In this document: positions 45,134 to 60,161 of the stretch, one piece after another
Position numbering within the stretch: position 1 is the stretch's first letter
Layout: each line of letters begins with the position of its first letter
Assembly: GCA_951406725.2 (NCBI GenBank)
Contig: OX597842.1
Coordinates: forward strand, 9,052,001 to 9,116,000
Direction: 5' to 3'
DNA from: Octopus vulgaris
Lineage: Eukaryota
DNA length: 64,000 bases
Made by a program: the position numbers and the translations under genes
The notes under the pieces: model-generated
Database searches by the model: none
Seen by the model: the letters and a program-made list of their open reading frames with translations, nothing else
What the model was told of the DNA's origin: nothing

Positions 45134-45571
45134 AGTTCAGCAAAAATTTAGATTCAAATGAATATGGCACTTAATTTAGATGCACCAGAATTTTTTATGG
45201 TGTTACCCATAAAAATATGCGGGGTGATTACAATAAAAAATAAGCAACAAGAATGAATCCGGTAATTTAGTACAATTGCTTCATACTACAACATTTTATT
45301 AAAAGCTGTAAATATTACACCATATTTAAGATGCTGAGTAATCTTCAGCTAATTTTATATAGGTTTTCCAATAATATAAAGTTCTCAAATCAATTAATAA
45401 CATCTATAGGCGCACGAGTTGCTGAGTGGTAAGTACCTTGCTTACTAACCACATGGTTCTGGGTTCAGTCCCACTGCACGGCACCTTGTGCAAGTGTCTT
45501 TTACTGTAGCCTCGGGCTGACCTAAAGCCTTGAGAGTTGAACTGGTAGGCAGAAACAGAAAGAAGCCCATC

Positions 45572-45624
<53 letters not shown>

Positions 45625-47685
45625 TCTTTATTACCCACAAGGGGCTAAACATAGAGGGGACAAACAAGGACAGACAAAGGTATTAAGTCGATTACATCAA
45701 CCCCAATGCGTAACTGGTACTTGATTTATCGACCCCGAAAGGATGAAAGGCAAAGTCGACCTCGGCGGAATTTGAACTCAGAACGTAACGTCAGACGAAA
45801 TACCGCTAAGCATTTCGTCTGGCGTGCTAACGTTTCTGCCAGCTCGCCGCCCTTATATATATATATATATCTTTGTATGTCTGTGTTTGTCCCCCTACCA
45901 TTGCCTGACAACTGATGTTGGTGTGTTTACATTCCCGTAACTCAGCAATAGAATAAGTACTAGGCTTACAAAGAATAAGTCCTGGGGGCAATTTGTTTGA
46001 TTAAAGGAAGTACTCCAGCATGGCCACAGTCAAATGACTGGAACAAATAAGAGAATAAAAGAATATATATATATATATATAAACCACTTATGTGTACCTT
46101 TCCTTCATTGGACACTAAACTCTGCTTGTGAAGACCTGCTGAGGCAAGGGAAATTGAAATCAAAATCAAATTCACAAATTCGATGACTGGCACCTGTGCC
46201 AGTGGAGCGTTAAGAGCACCATCTGGGTGTGATTGCTGCCAGAGCAGCAGACTGGCTTCCGTGCCAGTGGCATGTAAAAAGCACCATTCAAACATAACCG
46301 ATTCCAGCATTGCCTTACTGGCACATGAAAAACATCTGAGTGAGGTCGTTGCCAGTGCTGCTGGACTGGCTCCTGTGCAGGTGGCATGTAAAAAACACCA
46401 TTTGAGTGTGGCCGCTGCCAGTACCGCCTGAATGGCCCTCATGCCGGTGGCAAGTAAAAGTACCCACTACATTCTCGGAGTGGTTGGCGTTAGGAAGGGC
46501 ATCCAGCAGTAGAAACTGCCAGATCAGATTGGAGCCTGGTGCAACCATCTGGTTCGCCAGGGCTCGACTTGCTCAACTAAAGGCGGTGCTCCAGCATGGC
46601 CACAGTCAAATGACTGAAACAAGTAAAAGAGTACACACACACACGTTTATAATATTGTAAAATCACACTTCGCCTCCTGATTATTTGTCTCCTTTTGGTT
46701 TTGGCAGCGACCCTGTTGTTGAACAGGAAATTATTGGCAAACAAGGTCGAGTCTTTCTCCAGTACAATAGTCTATTCAGTACGGTAATTCAATAAGATGT
46801 ATTTTCAACAAATGAATGGCATATGTATATATACATGCAATATATATTATATCTTAACATTGTTTATTTATGGTCCTCAAAAAGGCAGCAAAAGCATATG
46901 AGTCAAGGTCTGCTGTTTGAATCACAAAACCCATTTTTATTCCCAAGCAGAAATCAATTTGATTCTGGATGTATCATACAAGTGGAAATTGATACAGTCA
47001 AAGAGAAATTTGAATTGATATTAGGATGTATTGATGCAATACATATGAAGGAAGTTGAGACAGACAGTAAATAATTTGAAATGATATTTAGATATATGTG
47101 TGCTGTACATGTGGAAGGAAGTCAAGACAGACAATAGATGATTTGAAATAATATCAAGATATACAGACTTGCTGTATAAGTAGAAAGAAGTTGAGAAAGA
47201 CGATGAATAATTTGAAATAATATGAAGATATATATGTGCTGTTCAAACAGAAAGAAATCAAAGCAGACACTGAAGAAATTTAGAAATTATTAATATATTC
47301 ATAAGCTGTATATGTAGAAAAAAGTCAAGACAGACAATAATTAATTTGAAATACTATCAAGATATACAGATGTGCTGTATAAATAAAAGAAGTTGAAATA
47401 AGCAATGAATGATTTGAAATATTCAGATATACAAATGTTGGACAAGTAGAAGTTGAGACAGGTAATGAATAATTAGATTTTAGAATGTTAATTTATTGAT
47501 GAATTTGGGCAAGTTTGTCTGTATTAACAAACAACTGCAAAAAAATATTTAAAGAAAATTCAAAACTTTACAAAAATCTAATACAAATTCTTCACAGTTC
47601 AAAACACTGCTTACTTTTTACTCAACCTGTAGATAAACATACACACATATCACATCATAATGTATAGTGGAAATTGTAGTTAAGA

Positions 47686-48100
47686 TACCCGTGCTGGGGA
47701 CACATAAGAAGCACCGTCCGAACGTGGCAGATGCCAGCGCTGCCTGACTGGTGTCTGTGTCGGTGACACGTAAAAGCACCAACCAATCGTGGCTGTTTGC
47801 CAGCCTCCTCTAGCTCCTGTGTCGGTGGCACGTAAAAAGCACTGTCCGAACGTGGCAGATGCCAGCGCTGCCTGACAGGTGTCCGTGTCGGTGACATGTG
47901 AAAGCACCAACCAATCGTGGCCATTTGCCAGTCTCCTCTTGCCCCTGTGCTGGTGGCACGTAAAAAGCACCGTCCGAACGTGGCAGATGTCAGCGCTGCC
48001 TGACTGGCGTACATGTCAGTGACACGTAAAAAGCACCAACCAATCGTGACCGTTTGCCAACCTCCTCTGGCTCCTGTGCCGGTGGCACGTAAAAAGCACC
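47686..48100. repeat. Tandem about 125-bp units inside a dispersed repeat family (relatives 31270-31550, 46185-46560, 60975-61470)
   Basis: Recurring gtggcacgtaaaaagcac and ccgaacgtggcagatgccagcgctgcctgac. Confidence 0.8.
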
Positions 48101-48222
48101 CACTACACTCATGGAGTGGTTGGCGTTAGGAAGGGCATCCAGCTGTAGAAACACTGCCAGATCAGAATGGAGCCTGGTTTCTCAGACCCCGGTCGAACCA
48201 TCCAACATGGAAAACGGACATT

Positions 48223-48326
<104 letters not shown>

Positions 48327-48347
48327 GATGATGATGAGGATGATGAA

Positions 48348-48434
<87 letters not shown>

Positions 48435-50379
48435 GATGATGATATGCTGTGCAAATGGAAAACAGGGTGAGCCAGACAATAAATAATTTGCAATGATATT
48501 AAGATATACATATTTATCATATATAAGAGGATGGGACATCAATTGTCTATGATGTAAAGGTCATGGAATGATCCATGCTACAAATATCATTATGAGACCA
48601 TATTTGAAATGAAATCATTCAAGAATGAAGTGGAGTGAATGATGTGATTGGAGAATACTGAAAGCACAAGGTCCCCTGAGAGGAATACTTTACAAGGTTC
48701 ACAGACAACAGGTGGATCCATAGAGCTACTAAATGGTATCCAAGAGATTTAAAAAGGTCATTTGCAAGGCCTCCACGATGATGGGAAGATGATTTGGTCA
48801 GTTTGGGTCAAGGGTGGAAAACAATGGAGCAATCAAGACAGAATTTGAAGCGCATTGTGAACAGTGGTGTATAACAGCATTTGATGGTCTGATCGATACT
48901 GTGATATATAAATAACTTTTTACTGTCCTGGTTTTTATTTCCCTTCAGTGCAGATCTATATTCATACATATTGATGTGGTCAAGATGTTGTTTCAGCTGT
49001 CTCAGTGCTTTGTCTGTTATCAGAGGCCAAGTCACTTCCCAATGGCCCTATATGCCATGACAAGAGACCGGGTGTTACAAGGTGGAATCTAAACTCAGTA
49101 CATACAGGACCAAATTAAGACCCATCGAGGCCCTAAACATGCAAATCAAAATATAAACAATAATAAAACAAAATAAACTTTTAATTTTCAAAACGAAACA
49201 AAATTAACATTAAGATTGAAAATAATCTTAATGTTTAGTTTTGTATAATAAAAAATAAATGTGCCCTTTTAAAGCCTAGCCAGGCTCATGGGCCCAGTTT
49301 CCCAGTTTCTGTGGCATATGTGTTCCCCAGCTGGATGGGACGCCAGTCCATCGCAGCGTTACTCATTTTTGCCAGCTGAGTGGACTAGAGCAACGTGAAA
49401 TGAAGTGTTTTGCTCAAGAACACAACGAGTCGACCGGTCCAGGAATCGAAACCACAATCTTACGATCATGGTGCTGACACCCTAACCACTAAGCCACGCG
49501 CCTCCACTTAGTTTTGTATACTTCCACTTTATTTATCTTTAAAATAGTTTTCCCCTACTTTTTTTGCTTGCAAAATCTCTTATCAGATTCTCAAAATTAA
49601 TCTTTCATAAGACATCTGCTTCTATACTTAGTAGAGATGAGGCATCCGGCCTTCTTGCATAATTGTTCTGATGGGATTTTTAATATACTGGTCATGGCAG
49701 TCCAGCTAATCCTTTGTTACCGGCACAGGAGTGGCTGTGTGGTAAGTAGCTTGCTTACCAACCATGTGGTTCTGGGTTCAGTCCCACTGTTTGGCACCTT
49801 GGGCAAGTGTCTTCTACTATAGCCTCGGGTCAACCAAAGCCTTGTGAGTGGATTTGGTAGACGGAAACTGAAAAAAGCTCGTTGTATATATGTATATATA
49901 TGTATGTATGTGTGTGTGTGTGTGTGTTTGTCCCCCCAACATCGCTGGACAACCGATGCTGGTGTGTTTATGTCCCCGTAACCTAGCGGTTCAGCAAAAG
50001 AGACCGATAGAATAAATACGAATCTTACAAAGAATAAGTCCTGGGGTCGATTTGGTTGACTAAAGGCAGTGCTCCACCATGGCCACAGTCACATGACTGA
50101 AACAAGTAAAAGAGTAAAGAGTATACTTCTACTAAGAAAATTAACTCTCATCTGAGCAATTTATGACCATTAATGTTAAGAATATATTGAGCGTAGGAGT
50201 AAAAGACCATGAAGAATGGTTGAAATTCCTCCATGATAATAATGATGATGATAAACAAACAATAGAAAACTAAGATTATGTAAATTTCCTATGATTGCAG
50301 AGTCGATACCAAAGAAATTGAAAAAAATTGAGTAATATCTGGATCTAACAAGAGAGTTGGGAAAAATGTGGAAAACCAA

Positions 50380-51308
50380 GACAAAATATCCCTATCTTGC
50401 CCAGGATATTAATCGTCTGGAAGCCGTTCAGCGACATGCAACCAAAAGAATACCCTCCATCAGGCATTTGCCATATTCTGAACACCTTACTTCCCTGGGC
50501 ACAGATACATTGCAACTCTGACGTCTGGCAGCTGACTTGGCAGATACCCATAAAATTATTAACCATCTTACAAACAATAACTCTGAGCACCTTTTCAAAC
50601 TCCACCCATCTAACACCCGTGGACATGTTTACAAAGTCAGAAAACAGCACAGCTCCCATGACTTTCGGAAACATTTTTTCACGCTGAGAGTTGCTGAAGC
50701 ATGGAACAAACTGCTGGCATCAGTTGTTAGTTGTCGGATCACTGCATCCTTCAAAACTTCCATGCTTCCTGAGAGATTCGCCAACACTACACCTGATTTT
50801 CTCCCCTCCATACACACACAAGCATGTATCTGACTCATACAATGTTCACTTCCCAGACATTTGTACTTTACTGCATATACTTTATACGAACTTTCTGACA
50901 AGTTGTGGTGCACCTGAGCACTGTATACAATAATTTCATTATTATTATTTAAAAACTCCACCTGTCTAACACCCGTGGACATATTTACAAAGTCAGAAAA
51001 CATCACAGCTCCCATGACTTTCGGAAACAATTTTTCACGCTGAGAGTTGCTGAAGCATGGAACAAACTGCCGGCATCAGTTGTTAGTTGTCGGAGCACTA
51101 CACCCTTCAAAACTTCCATGCTTTCTGAGAGATTTGCCAACACTACACCTGATTTTCTCCCCTCCATACACTCGCAAGCATCTATCTGACTCATACACTG
51201 TTCACTTTCCAGACATTTGTACATTACTGCATATACTTTATACACACTTTCTGACAAGTTATGGTGCACCTGAGCACTGTATACAATAATTTCATTATTA
51301 TTATTATT
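50380..51308 (+). mobile_element. CR1/L2-like LINE 3' end with tandem duplication of the last about 355 bp (another copy at 25490-25780)
   Basis: NTRGHVYKVRK...RKHFFTLRVAEAWNKL; (tta)n tail; units about 50597-50950 and 50955-51308. Confidence 0.8.
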
Positions 51309-51959
51309 TCTATATAAAAGACATTCCTGTAGGAATTGGTGTCTTTGGCACAACACCAGAAATGCTGCCTCAAAGACTGGAAGAGATTGGAACTGAAACA
51401 CACATTGAAAACCTGCAGAAAAGTACCATCTTGTATTGTTGATGTGGCAAGAGTCCTGACACCCCCTGCGAGAATAGACTTGACCGAACGACTATAAATA
51501 TTAGCGGTCTGAGTGAGAAAGGGAGAGAAGGCGTTAATCGCAGGAAGTCGTAAGGTGTCGTTTTGGTGGTTGGTCAGAATATCGTTTCTTGGTTGGTGTA
51601 TAGGTCGTGGAGAGTCTGTTGGATCGTTATGTTGTCGTTAAATATTTTATTGTTACTACAGAGTTATTGTGTAAACAAGTATCATCATAAATAGTGGCGA
51701 TACTACAAGTGACTACGTTGCAGGAATTCTGCTGGAATCCAGGAGAGATTCTTGAAATTTGAGGAGACATGTTATCACCATACATCAAGATAAAATATCT
51801 GCTGACTAAATTAGCATGGCATGCACTAAAGTAATAATAATAACAAAAACAACTACAACAACAACAATAGCAATAATAATGATGATGATGATGATGATGA
51901 TGATGATAATAATAATAATACTAATAATAATGATAATAATGATAATAATAATAATAATA

Positions 51960-52345
51960 AAAATGCTTTCTAATTGATGTATCAATACCAGTAGATGACA
52001 ACATGTCTCTAAAAGAAATGGAGAAACTTTCAAAATACAAAGACCTGGAAATAGAGGTAACTAGAATGTGGAATCTAAAAACAGAAACAATTCCTATCAT
52101 AGTAGGTGCATTAGGAATGATAAAAAAATATTCAGACAAATACATAACAAAAACACCAGGACTTACAAATATATATAACATACAGAAAATTGCACTACTA
52201 GGCACTGCACACATCCTACGCAGAACACTTTCCATACAATAACCATCAGAGCATCACAACAAATCACAGCACATACCCAAGGCACACAGAGCTGCGCTTG
52301 GTAGTGAAGTGAAAGCACAATATAAAAATAAAACTACTGAATAAT
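51960..52345 (+). mobile_element. R4/Dong-like LINE 3' end in (AAT)n
   Basis: IDVSIPVDDNM..KEMEKLSKYKDLEIEV...ALLGTAHILRRTL. Confidence 0.82.
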
Positions 52346-52346
52346 G

Positions 52347-52385
<39 letters not shown>

Positions 52386-53313
52386 GCCCTGATGCAGTAC
52401 CAGGCAGTGGCTCTCATGGCTTCTGATCTTAACTGATTGGAAGTGTTATCATGTACATTGTTTTGTCTTGGTATAAAAGATGGCCTACAGCAAATATTCT
52501 GCTCAATACCACAGATTTGCTTGTCAGTTGTTTGACCGTAACCAGTTGACCATGTCCCTTAGTAGCTGACAGTATGTGCATCTCTGATCACGAGCAGAAG
52601 TAGTGGGGGAGCATCATAGCCATGTGTTGAGAGGGATTCTTGGAGGTTTGGATAATTCACCTTTGGAAACATGGGTGGTTCATTCAACATCCTTAAACAA
52701 TCCTTATTCAGGGACCTTTTGAGTGGGATGGGCTACTCTACCTGAAGAAACTTCTAACTGGGCCCTACCTGCAAGGTCATGTGCTTTTTATCTTGATATG
52801 AGATCACTATGTCGTGCACATATGGTTGTGATGCATGTGCCTGGTGTACCCTTATCAGATGGGTAGTCATGATGGGTATACTGGGCTTCGTATATTTTAC
52901 CCCAGTGTCACTTTGATGGCATGCACTGCTCTCTCACTCAATAATAATAATAAAAATAATGATAATAATAATAACCTTTTCTACTATAGGCACAAAAGCT
53001 GAAATTTGGGGATTACAGGTACTCAACAGGTATTTATTTTATCGACCCCAAAAGGATGAAAGGCAAAGTCGACCTCAGCAGAATTTGAACTTGGAAGGCA
53101 AGATAGATGAAATGCCGCTAAGCATTTTACACAGTGCAGTAATGATTCTGCCAGTTGAACACCTTAACAACAACAACACCAAAAACAACAACAACAACAA
53201 TAATAATAACAATAATAATAATAATAATAACAACAACAATAACAACAACAACAGCAATACAGGAATAATATCGATAATAATAATAATAGAAATGGATGTC
53301 TGTGTGTCCTTAC

Positions 53314-53424
53314 TGTAAAACCTATGCCAACTGTAGCTGCAAAGGAGCCAGCCTGGAACTTTCCTTGGTCAAACTGGACAAGCAAGGATGTCTTGCCAAC
53401 ACCGCTGTCTCCGACCAGGATTGT
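53314..53424 (-). CDS. RAB37: Alternative P-loop/switch-I exon A: [37 protein letters not shown]
   Basis: 111 nt, phase 0/0; acceptor ttattacAG (53425-53426) and donor GTAAGG (53313-53308); GDSGVGKT P-loop. Confidence 0.92.
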
Positions 53425-53522
53425 CTGTAATAAAAACAGCAACAACAATTAATACAACAATAACAACAGTCAGTATATATATATATATATATAAATACAT
53501 ACATACATACATATATATATAT

Positions 53523-53559
<37 letters not shown>

Positions 53560-53573
53560 TGCATATATATATA

Positions 53574-53627
<54 letters not shown>

Positions 53628-53629
<2 letters not shown>

Positions 53630-53855
53630 TATGAGAGGTATGACCACTATGTGCACAACCCTTATGCTAGAAGTAGATCTGCTATGGTCTTATCACTAAG
53701 AAAAGTTCTCAAGAAAAATTTAGCAAACACCAGAACGTAAGCTTACATTCAGATGTTTGCTAAATTTTTCTTGAGAACGTTTCTTAATGGTATGGCCATA
53801 ACGGATCTACTTCTAGCATAAAGGTTGTCCACATAGTGGTCATCCCTCTCATATG
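53628..53855. repeat. Fold-back element, arms about 110 bp, about 200 nt upstream of exon A acceptor
   Basis: Centred on cgtaagcttaca; single-arm relative at about 725-955. Confidence 0.85.
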
Positions 53856-53969
53856 CATATAATACAATTTATTGAACTATCAGATTTTAATATGCTAGAC
53901 CACAGGTGTTAAATTTATGTTAATTAAATTAATATACAATTTCTCACCCTCATTTTAAATACATACACT

Positions 53970-54032
<63 letters not shown>

Positions 54033-54141
54033 ATCACATGACCAACCAGACCATCAGATGTTGCTACACATCGCTGGTCACAATGCGCTTCGCATTGTTT
54101 TAGATTTCGAATGACGCCACCCCACTGGCTAAGCGAGCAAG

Positions 54142-54520
<379 letters not shown>

Positions 54521-54656
54521 ATATGTAATATAAATAGAATTAGATTAAGGCCAGTTTATGGGATTACCCTTATCTAACTTTATATAATCTACTGCTCTAT
54601 AATTTAGTGAGTGCTTCTTTTTCAGAGTTATGTTTTACCGATGATCTGATGATCTA

Positions 54657-54692
<36 letters not shown>

Positions 54693-54848
54693 TGTATGTA
54701 TGTATGTATGTATGTATGTATGTATGTATGTATGTGTGTATGTATATTTATATATATATATATAAAATGCAGTTCTATATTTAAGAGATGAGGAATTATG
54801 TACATTATTTACATCCAACGGATATTTGTCCTCATCTTGTTTGTTGTT

Positions 54849-54894
54849 AACACAACTTTTCAGCTGATATACCCTCCAACCTTCATCAGGTGTC
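54849..54894 (-). ncRNA. Minimal hammerhead motif (inverted partner at 55148-55193, +)
   Basis: gacac-CTGATGA-a-ggttg(gagggtatat)cagct-GAAAAGTT-gtgtt; partner gacac-CTGACGA...GAAACATT-gtgtt; both partly decayed. Confidence 0.55.
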
Positions 54895-54933
54895 TTGGGG
54901 AAATTTCGAACTTTTTCGATGTACTTATTATTA

Positions 54934-54999
<66 letters not shown>

Positions 55000-55236
55000 T
55001 CACAGCCTGGAATCAAACTCAGAATCTTGGGGTTAGTAGCCTATGCACTTAACCACTATGCCATATGCCCACAGGCATATGGTATAATGGTTAATTACAT
55101 TAAAAAAATACCTTAGGAATGAGAACCCAGGTTTGAAATTTCCCCAAGACACCTGACGAAGTCTGGAGTGTATATCAACCGAAACATTGTGTTAGCTACA
55201 AACAAGATGATGAGAAATATCCATCAAATGTAAATA

Positions 55237-55279
<43 letters not shown>

Positions 55280-55396
55280 CATTTATATGAAAGTTCTAGA
55301 TAGGGAATTCACAGTTTATAAAGGATTAAAGGAATAAAAAGTAGTTTTCCTCTAATATATAACTTCTAACTCGGAAGCCTACTACGGGTTTCTTAC

Positions 55397-55808
55397 AAAT
55401 AAGAAAGTGGAGAAACAAATTTAGTTTGTTCATCAACTTTCGGATATTAGAATGTCGTATTATTTATTCATTTAACAAAATGAAAGCCTGAATATCCTAA
55501 TACTTGTATATGTATGAATTATCTATGCAATATTTGGAATATTGCTAGTATTAAGTGAATGCATTTAAGTATAGTATATTAATCCTTCAAAATGAATACT
55601 GTTGGAAAAACGGAGATAATACGGATTGATTTACGGATTGATTCATCACTAAAAGATATACCCATACCAACCAAGGACTATTACATCAAAGAATTAATAT
55701 ATAGGATATTCAGGTTCTCATTTTATTAAATAATACAACTAATACAACATTCTAATATCCGAAAGTTGATGACCCAACTAAATTTGTTTTTCCATTTTCT
55801 TATTTGTA
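55397..55808. repeat. Inverted repeat, arms about 100 bp, followed by conserved element tail
   Basis: 55397-55499 vs 55702-55808; tail 55818-55960 resembles 44815-44960. Confidence 0.75.
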
Positions 55809-55987
55809 TTATACATTTACGGTAAAAATATTTCTTTACCTTCACCCGTTTAATACAATAAATGAGTTAATTTTCTTGCAATTAAAAACATTTATGTATT
55901 AAGAATCTGGGTACTTTACCAACAGTATATTGGATAAATACTATCCCATAGTGGGTTACACCCATAACCCCTAACTTACTTTGTATA

Positions 55988-56023
<36 letters not shown>

Positions 56024-56100
56024 ATGTACTGTTCCATGATAGAAAGATCAACAAAAAAGCATTCCATCTGGTGAGAGATAAATATTTATTTAAAGGACAC

Positions 56101-56748
56101 AAGGTTTGAAAATGCAATTTTAAAGATGTTTATTCACTTGACCGGTTTCACTTTTTATAAAAAGATTGTCAAAAGTAAAATGTAAAGCTTTGTATAAATA
56201 AGCTTTGTTGTTATAAGTGCTGGTTGTCACAGAAGTTTTAAAATACATATATACATTCTTTGATAATAATAATAAGAAAATGTTAAAAACAGTTTACATG
56301 AAAGTATTTAAGAAAATATTCAACAAAAAGTATTAGGAGTTCAATACAAATCATGTTTGTTTGGTAGTATCTATATACACACAGAAGGAGATATATTTAA
56401 GAATTTACAAAGAATTTGAGACAAAAAATGCCCAAAGGACCGGTTGGTTCCTCTCAAATTCTTTGTAAACTCTTAAATAAATCTCCTTCTGTGTGTATAT
56501 ATACTACCAAACAAATATGATTTTTATTGAACTCCTAATACTTTTTGTTGAATATTTTCTTAAATACTTTCTTGTAAACTGTTTTCAACATTTTCTTATT
56601 ATTATCAAAGAATGTATATATGTATTTTAATACTTTTGTGACAACCAGTACTTGACACAACAGAGCTTATACAAAGCTTTACATTTTACTTTTGACAATC
56701 TTTTTCTGAAAAAGTGAAACCGGTCTTAAAATTGCATTTTCAAACCTT
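56101..56748. repeat. Inverted repeat, arms about 300 bp
   Basis: 56101-56421 vs 56452-56748, moderately diverged. Confidence 0.85.
56133..56179 (-). ncRNA. Minimal hammerhead-like motif, U3-A8 core variant (partial partner 56685-56725, +)
   Basis: tttactt-TTGACAA-tcttttt(at)aaaaagt-GAA-ACCGGT-C-aagtgaa: 7-bp stem I, palindromic stem III, GUC triplet, U-U at base of stem II. Confidence 0.5.
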
Positions 56749-57055
56749 CTTTCATATATATTTCCACTCATGTGGTACCTTACATCTTCTCTTTGTTACA
56801 TATATATAGAGTGGAAATATGATTTTACATTTTTCACAACTCTCTAACTCCAAAACACATATACAGTTAATCAAAGCCGGGTAGATTCGTTACTTTTTCT
56901 CTTTGCCTACATGGGATGTTGAGTATTGTTGTCTGGGAGGTTTTCTTATGGTAGAGAAATAGTTAGTTTTGACTGTTATTTCTAAATTTCGGTATGTGGT
57001 GAAGCAAATTTTTGCTGAAACCTAATTATAATTATACTCATAATTATAAAATTTA

Positions 57056-57120
<65 letters not shown>

Positions 57121-57124
<4 letters not shown>

Positions 57125-57349
57125 CTTTACTACCCACAAGGGGCTAAACACAGAGGAGACAAACAAGGACAGACAAACGGATTAAGTCGATTACATCGAC
57201 CCCAGGGCGTAACTGGTACTTAATTTATCGACCCCGGAAGGATGAAAGGCAAAGTCGACCTCAGCGGAATTTGAACTCGGAACGTAACGGCAGACGAAAT
57301 ACGGCAATGCATTTCGCCCGGCGTGCTAACGTTTCTGCCAGCTCGCCAC
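57121..57349 (-). mobile_element. tRNA-derived SINE family B with Meta-like core (other copies about 45622-45852, 43483-43715, 26630-26855, 39622-39812, 23671-24030)
   Basis: gagttcaaattcc B-box, gtcgactttgcctttcatcctttcggggtcgat core; multiple copies. Confidence 0.82.
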
Positions 57350-57369
57350 CATATATATATATCTATACA

Positions 57370-57764
57370 CTAGCAGTATCGCCCGGCGTTGCTTGGGTTT
57401 GTAAGGGAAATAATTATATAAGCATTTTTAGAGATGTAAAGTATAATAGCCATCTCAATATGGCTAACCACAAAGGGGGAGGGGTGTTACTGTAGCTTTT
57501 TACGTTCTGAGATTTAATAATAAATTTTAGAGAGTTACTTCCCTTATATATGTCAAAAATGGATTAAAAATGGGAAAAATTGATGGTAAATTTTTTTTTA
57601 AATCGTAGACTCATCGTAGACGCGCGCTAATACCCAGACGGTCTCGATATGAATCACGACTATAAGATACCCGGTTTTGGTTAAACTGCACCGCAAAATG
57701 TGGGAGTAGTTAGGAATCTAAATCGTAGGAGACAGACACACAACCTCACTTTTATATATAAAGA
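57370..57764 (-). mobile_element. Non-autonomous Helitron
   Basis: Minus strand starts TC(tttatatataaaag), ends GC-rich hairpin plus CTAG, inserted between A and T. Confidence 0.75.
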
Positions 57765-58058
57765 TTTCCTCTATTTACATAATATTGAGGTCTCTTTCTT
57801 TCTGTTGTTATCTTACTGTTTTTACCAATATACATATATATATATATATATAAATATATATATAGTTACAGAGATGTACTTGCATAGCAAGTGACTTGAT
57901 CTGAGATCGTGTGCTGGAACGAAAACAGTTGCAGCGTTGAAGGTGTTTATAAGCCATTTAAGAAACACACAAAAACCGTTAGATTCACTTCAACATTTAA
58001 ATTTAATTTGTCAAAATATTTTCGTCGCTTTGAGACCGCGACCTGTTAGCACGATATT

Positions 58059-58109
58059 TTTGTCAGTGAACAGGTCGCGGTCTCAAAGCGACGAAAATAT
58101 TTTGGCAAA
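58059..58109 (+). ncRNA. Minimal hammerhead motif, G3-C8 variant (same family as 38968)
   Basis: Same core and stems, different loop II (ggtctcaaa), G-U wobble in stem I. Confidence 0.55.
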
Positions 58110-59756
58110 TTAGATTTAAATGTTGAAGTGAATGTAACGGTTTTTGTGTGTTTCTTAAATGGCTTACAAACACCTTCAAGGCTGCAATATATATATACAC
58201 ACATATATATATATGTATGTATGTATGTATGTGTGTATATGTGTATGCATGTATGTGTGTGTGTGTGCGTGTCTGTGCTTGTGATTGTCCTCCACCACTG
58301 CTTGACAACGAATGTTGGTTTGTTTACATCCCTGTCACCTAGTGGTTTGACAAAGGAAACAGATAGAATAAGTACAATGCTTACAAAAATAAAACTGGAG
58401 TTGATTCATTAAACTACAATTCTTCAAGGCATTGCCCCAGCATGGCCACAGACCAATGGCTGGAAAAAGCAGAAGAATAAAAGAAGGCCTAACAGACCTG
58501 GTAGAAACAGCAGCCAAATCTCCCTCAAATCACACCTTACTGTCTTATCTTTCTGCTACTTGGATATAGGTGTTATATTCGTCGTAAAAAACTTTCCTGT
58601 CACACACTCACGCACACGCACACACACACACACACGCACCCTCACACACACACACACGCGCACACACACATACACACACTCACACACACGCACGTTAGCT
58701 TACAATTTTATTTATATATTTGCGTGTCTGTGTGGAAAGAGGAAGTGGGAGGCAGAGTGAAAGAATCACTCACTACAGTAAGGGAATTACTTTCATTTTA
58801 TTCGTTGCCCACTGTGTGTGTGCGTTTGCGTGTGGTGTAAACCAGACTAAGAAAAGCATTTGACACACACACCAGAATGTGAGTTTTCTGTAAATTTTGC
58901 TTAATTGGAGTTTAAATTTTAAAAACTGGAGCTGGCATGACGCGATGCATTGTACTCTTAAAATTGCTAGGTAAATTGTAATTGAAGAAATCCTATATTG
59001 TAGATTTGTATAACTCCCAAAGGGAGGCAGATAAAATCTGCCTTTTATAATAAGAGATACATATATATATATACATACATATATATACATACACACGCAC
59101 ATATACATACATATACATATTTATACACATACACACACACATATACAAACATATACATATATATATATATGCATATATATATATATATACTCACACACAC
59201 ACAAACGCATATATATTCCATAGAAGACAAGGGAATTTGCGGATGGAGGAAGGTGGTGAAGACTGCTTAGAGAGTCAGATAAACAGCCCCTTTAGAAGAT
59301 GGAAAAAAGTGGCAATCCTCCACTGGGAATTATAAACCTGCACCTCTCAAATATTGATTGTAAAGGAATACGAAGAAAAAACAATGGTTGCTAAAAATGG
59401 CTGCGAAACAGAAAAAAATATTTAAATATTGAACGAGGCTGAAAGAGTAATGAATTACAGCCTTTAAAGGAGATCTGATGCCGGGTTCCTGATGACTCAG
59501 GAGGTGAAATAGCAATAAAATTGCAATTCTCAATTGCTGCACATCTATGTATTTGTGTGTGTGTGTGTGTGTAGATAGATAGAGAGGGAGAGAGATTGAA
59601 GTAGATAGGGAGATGCCCAGATTAAGACAGCTGTTGCACCAGTGTTTATATTATCTGTGTAAAGAATGCCATGGTGTAACACTTCTGTAGTGTGTATGCG
59701 TGTGTGTATATACATATATATATATGTATATATGTATATACATATGTATATATATG

Positions 59757-59799
<43 letters not shown>

Positions 59800-60117
59800 A
59801 TGTATATGAATATATATGTGTATGTATATGTAGGTGTGTGTATATATATATATATTTGTATATATCTATGCGTATATATATATGTGTGTATATATATATA
59901 TGTGTATATATGTATGTATATGTGTATATATATGTGTGTGTGTGTATGTGTATATATATATTATATACACATATATATGTATGCATATATATATACATAC
60001 ATATATATATGCATATATATATGTATATATATATGTATGCATATATATATATATATATATTACATATATGTATATATATGTTTGTATGTGTGTGTGCTTG
60101 TATAATGTTCATACAAG

Positions 60118-60161
<44 letters not shown>

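Noticed and set aside
58773-58860. Candidate first exon for exon A (…WATNKMK|GTAATT)
   Set aside because: Phase fits, but the donor is weak and there is no similarity to Rab26/37 N-termini; the true exon may lie beyond 64000.
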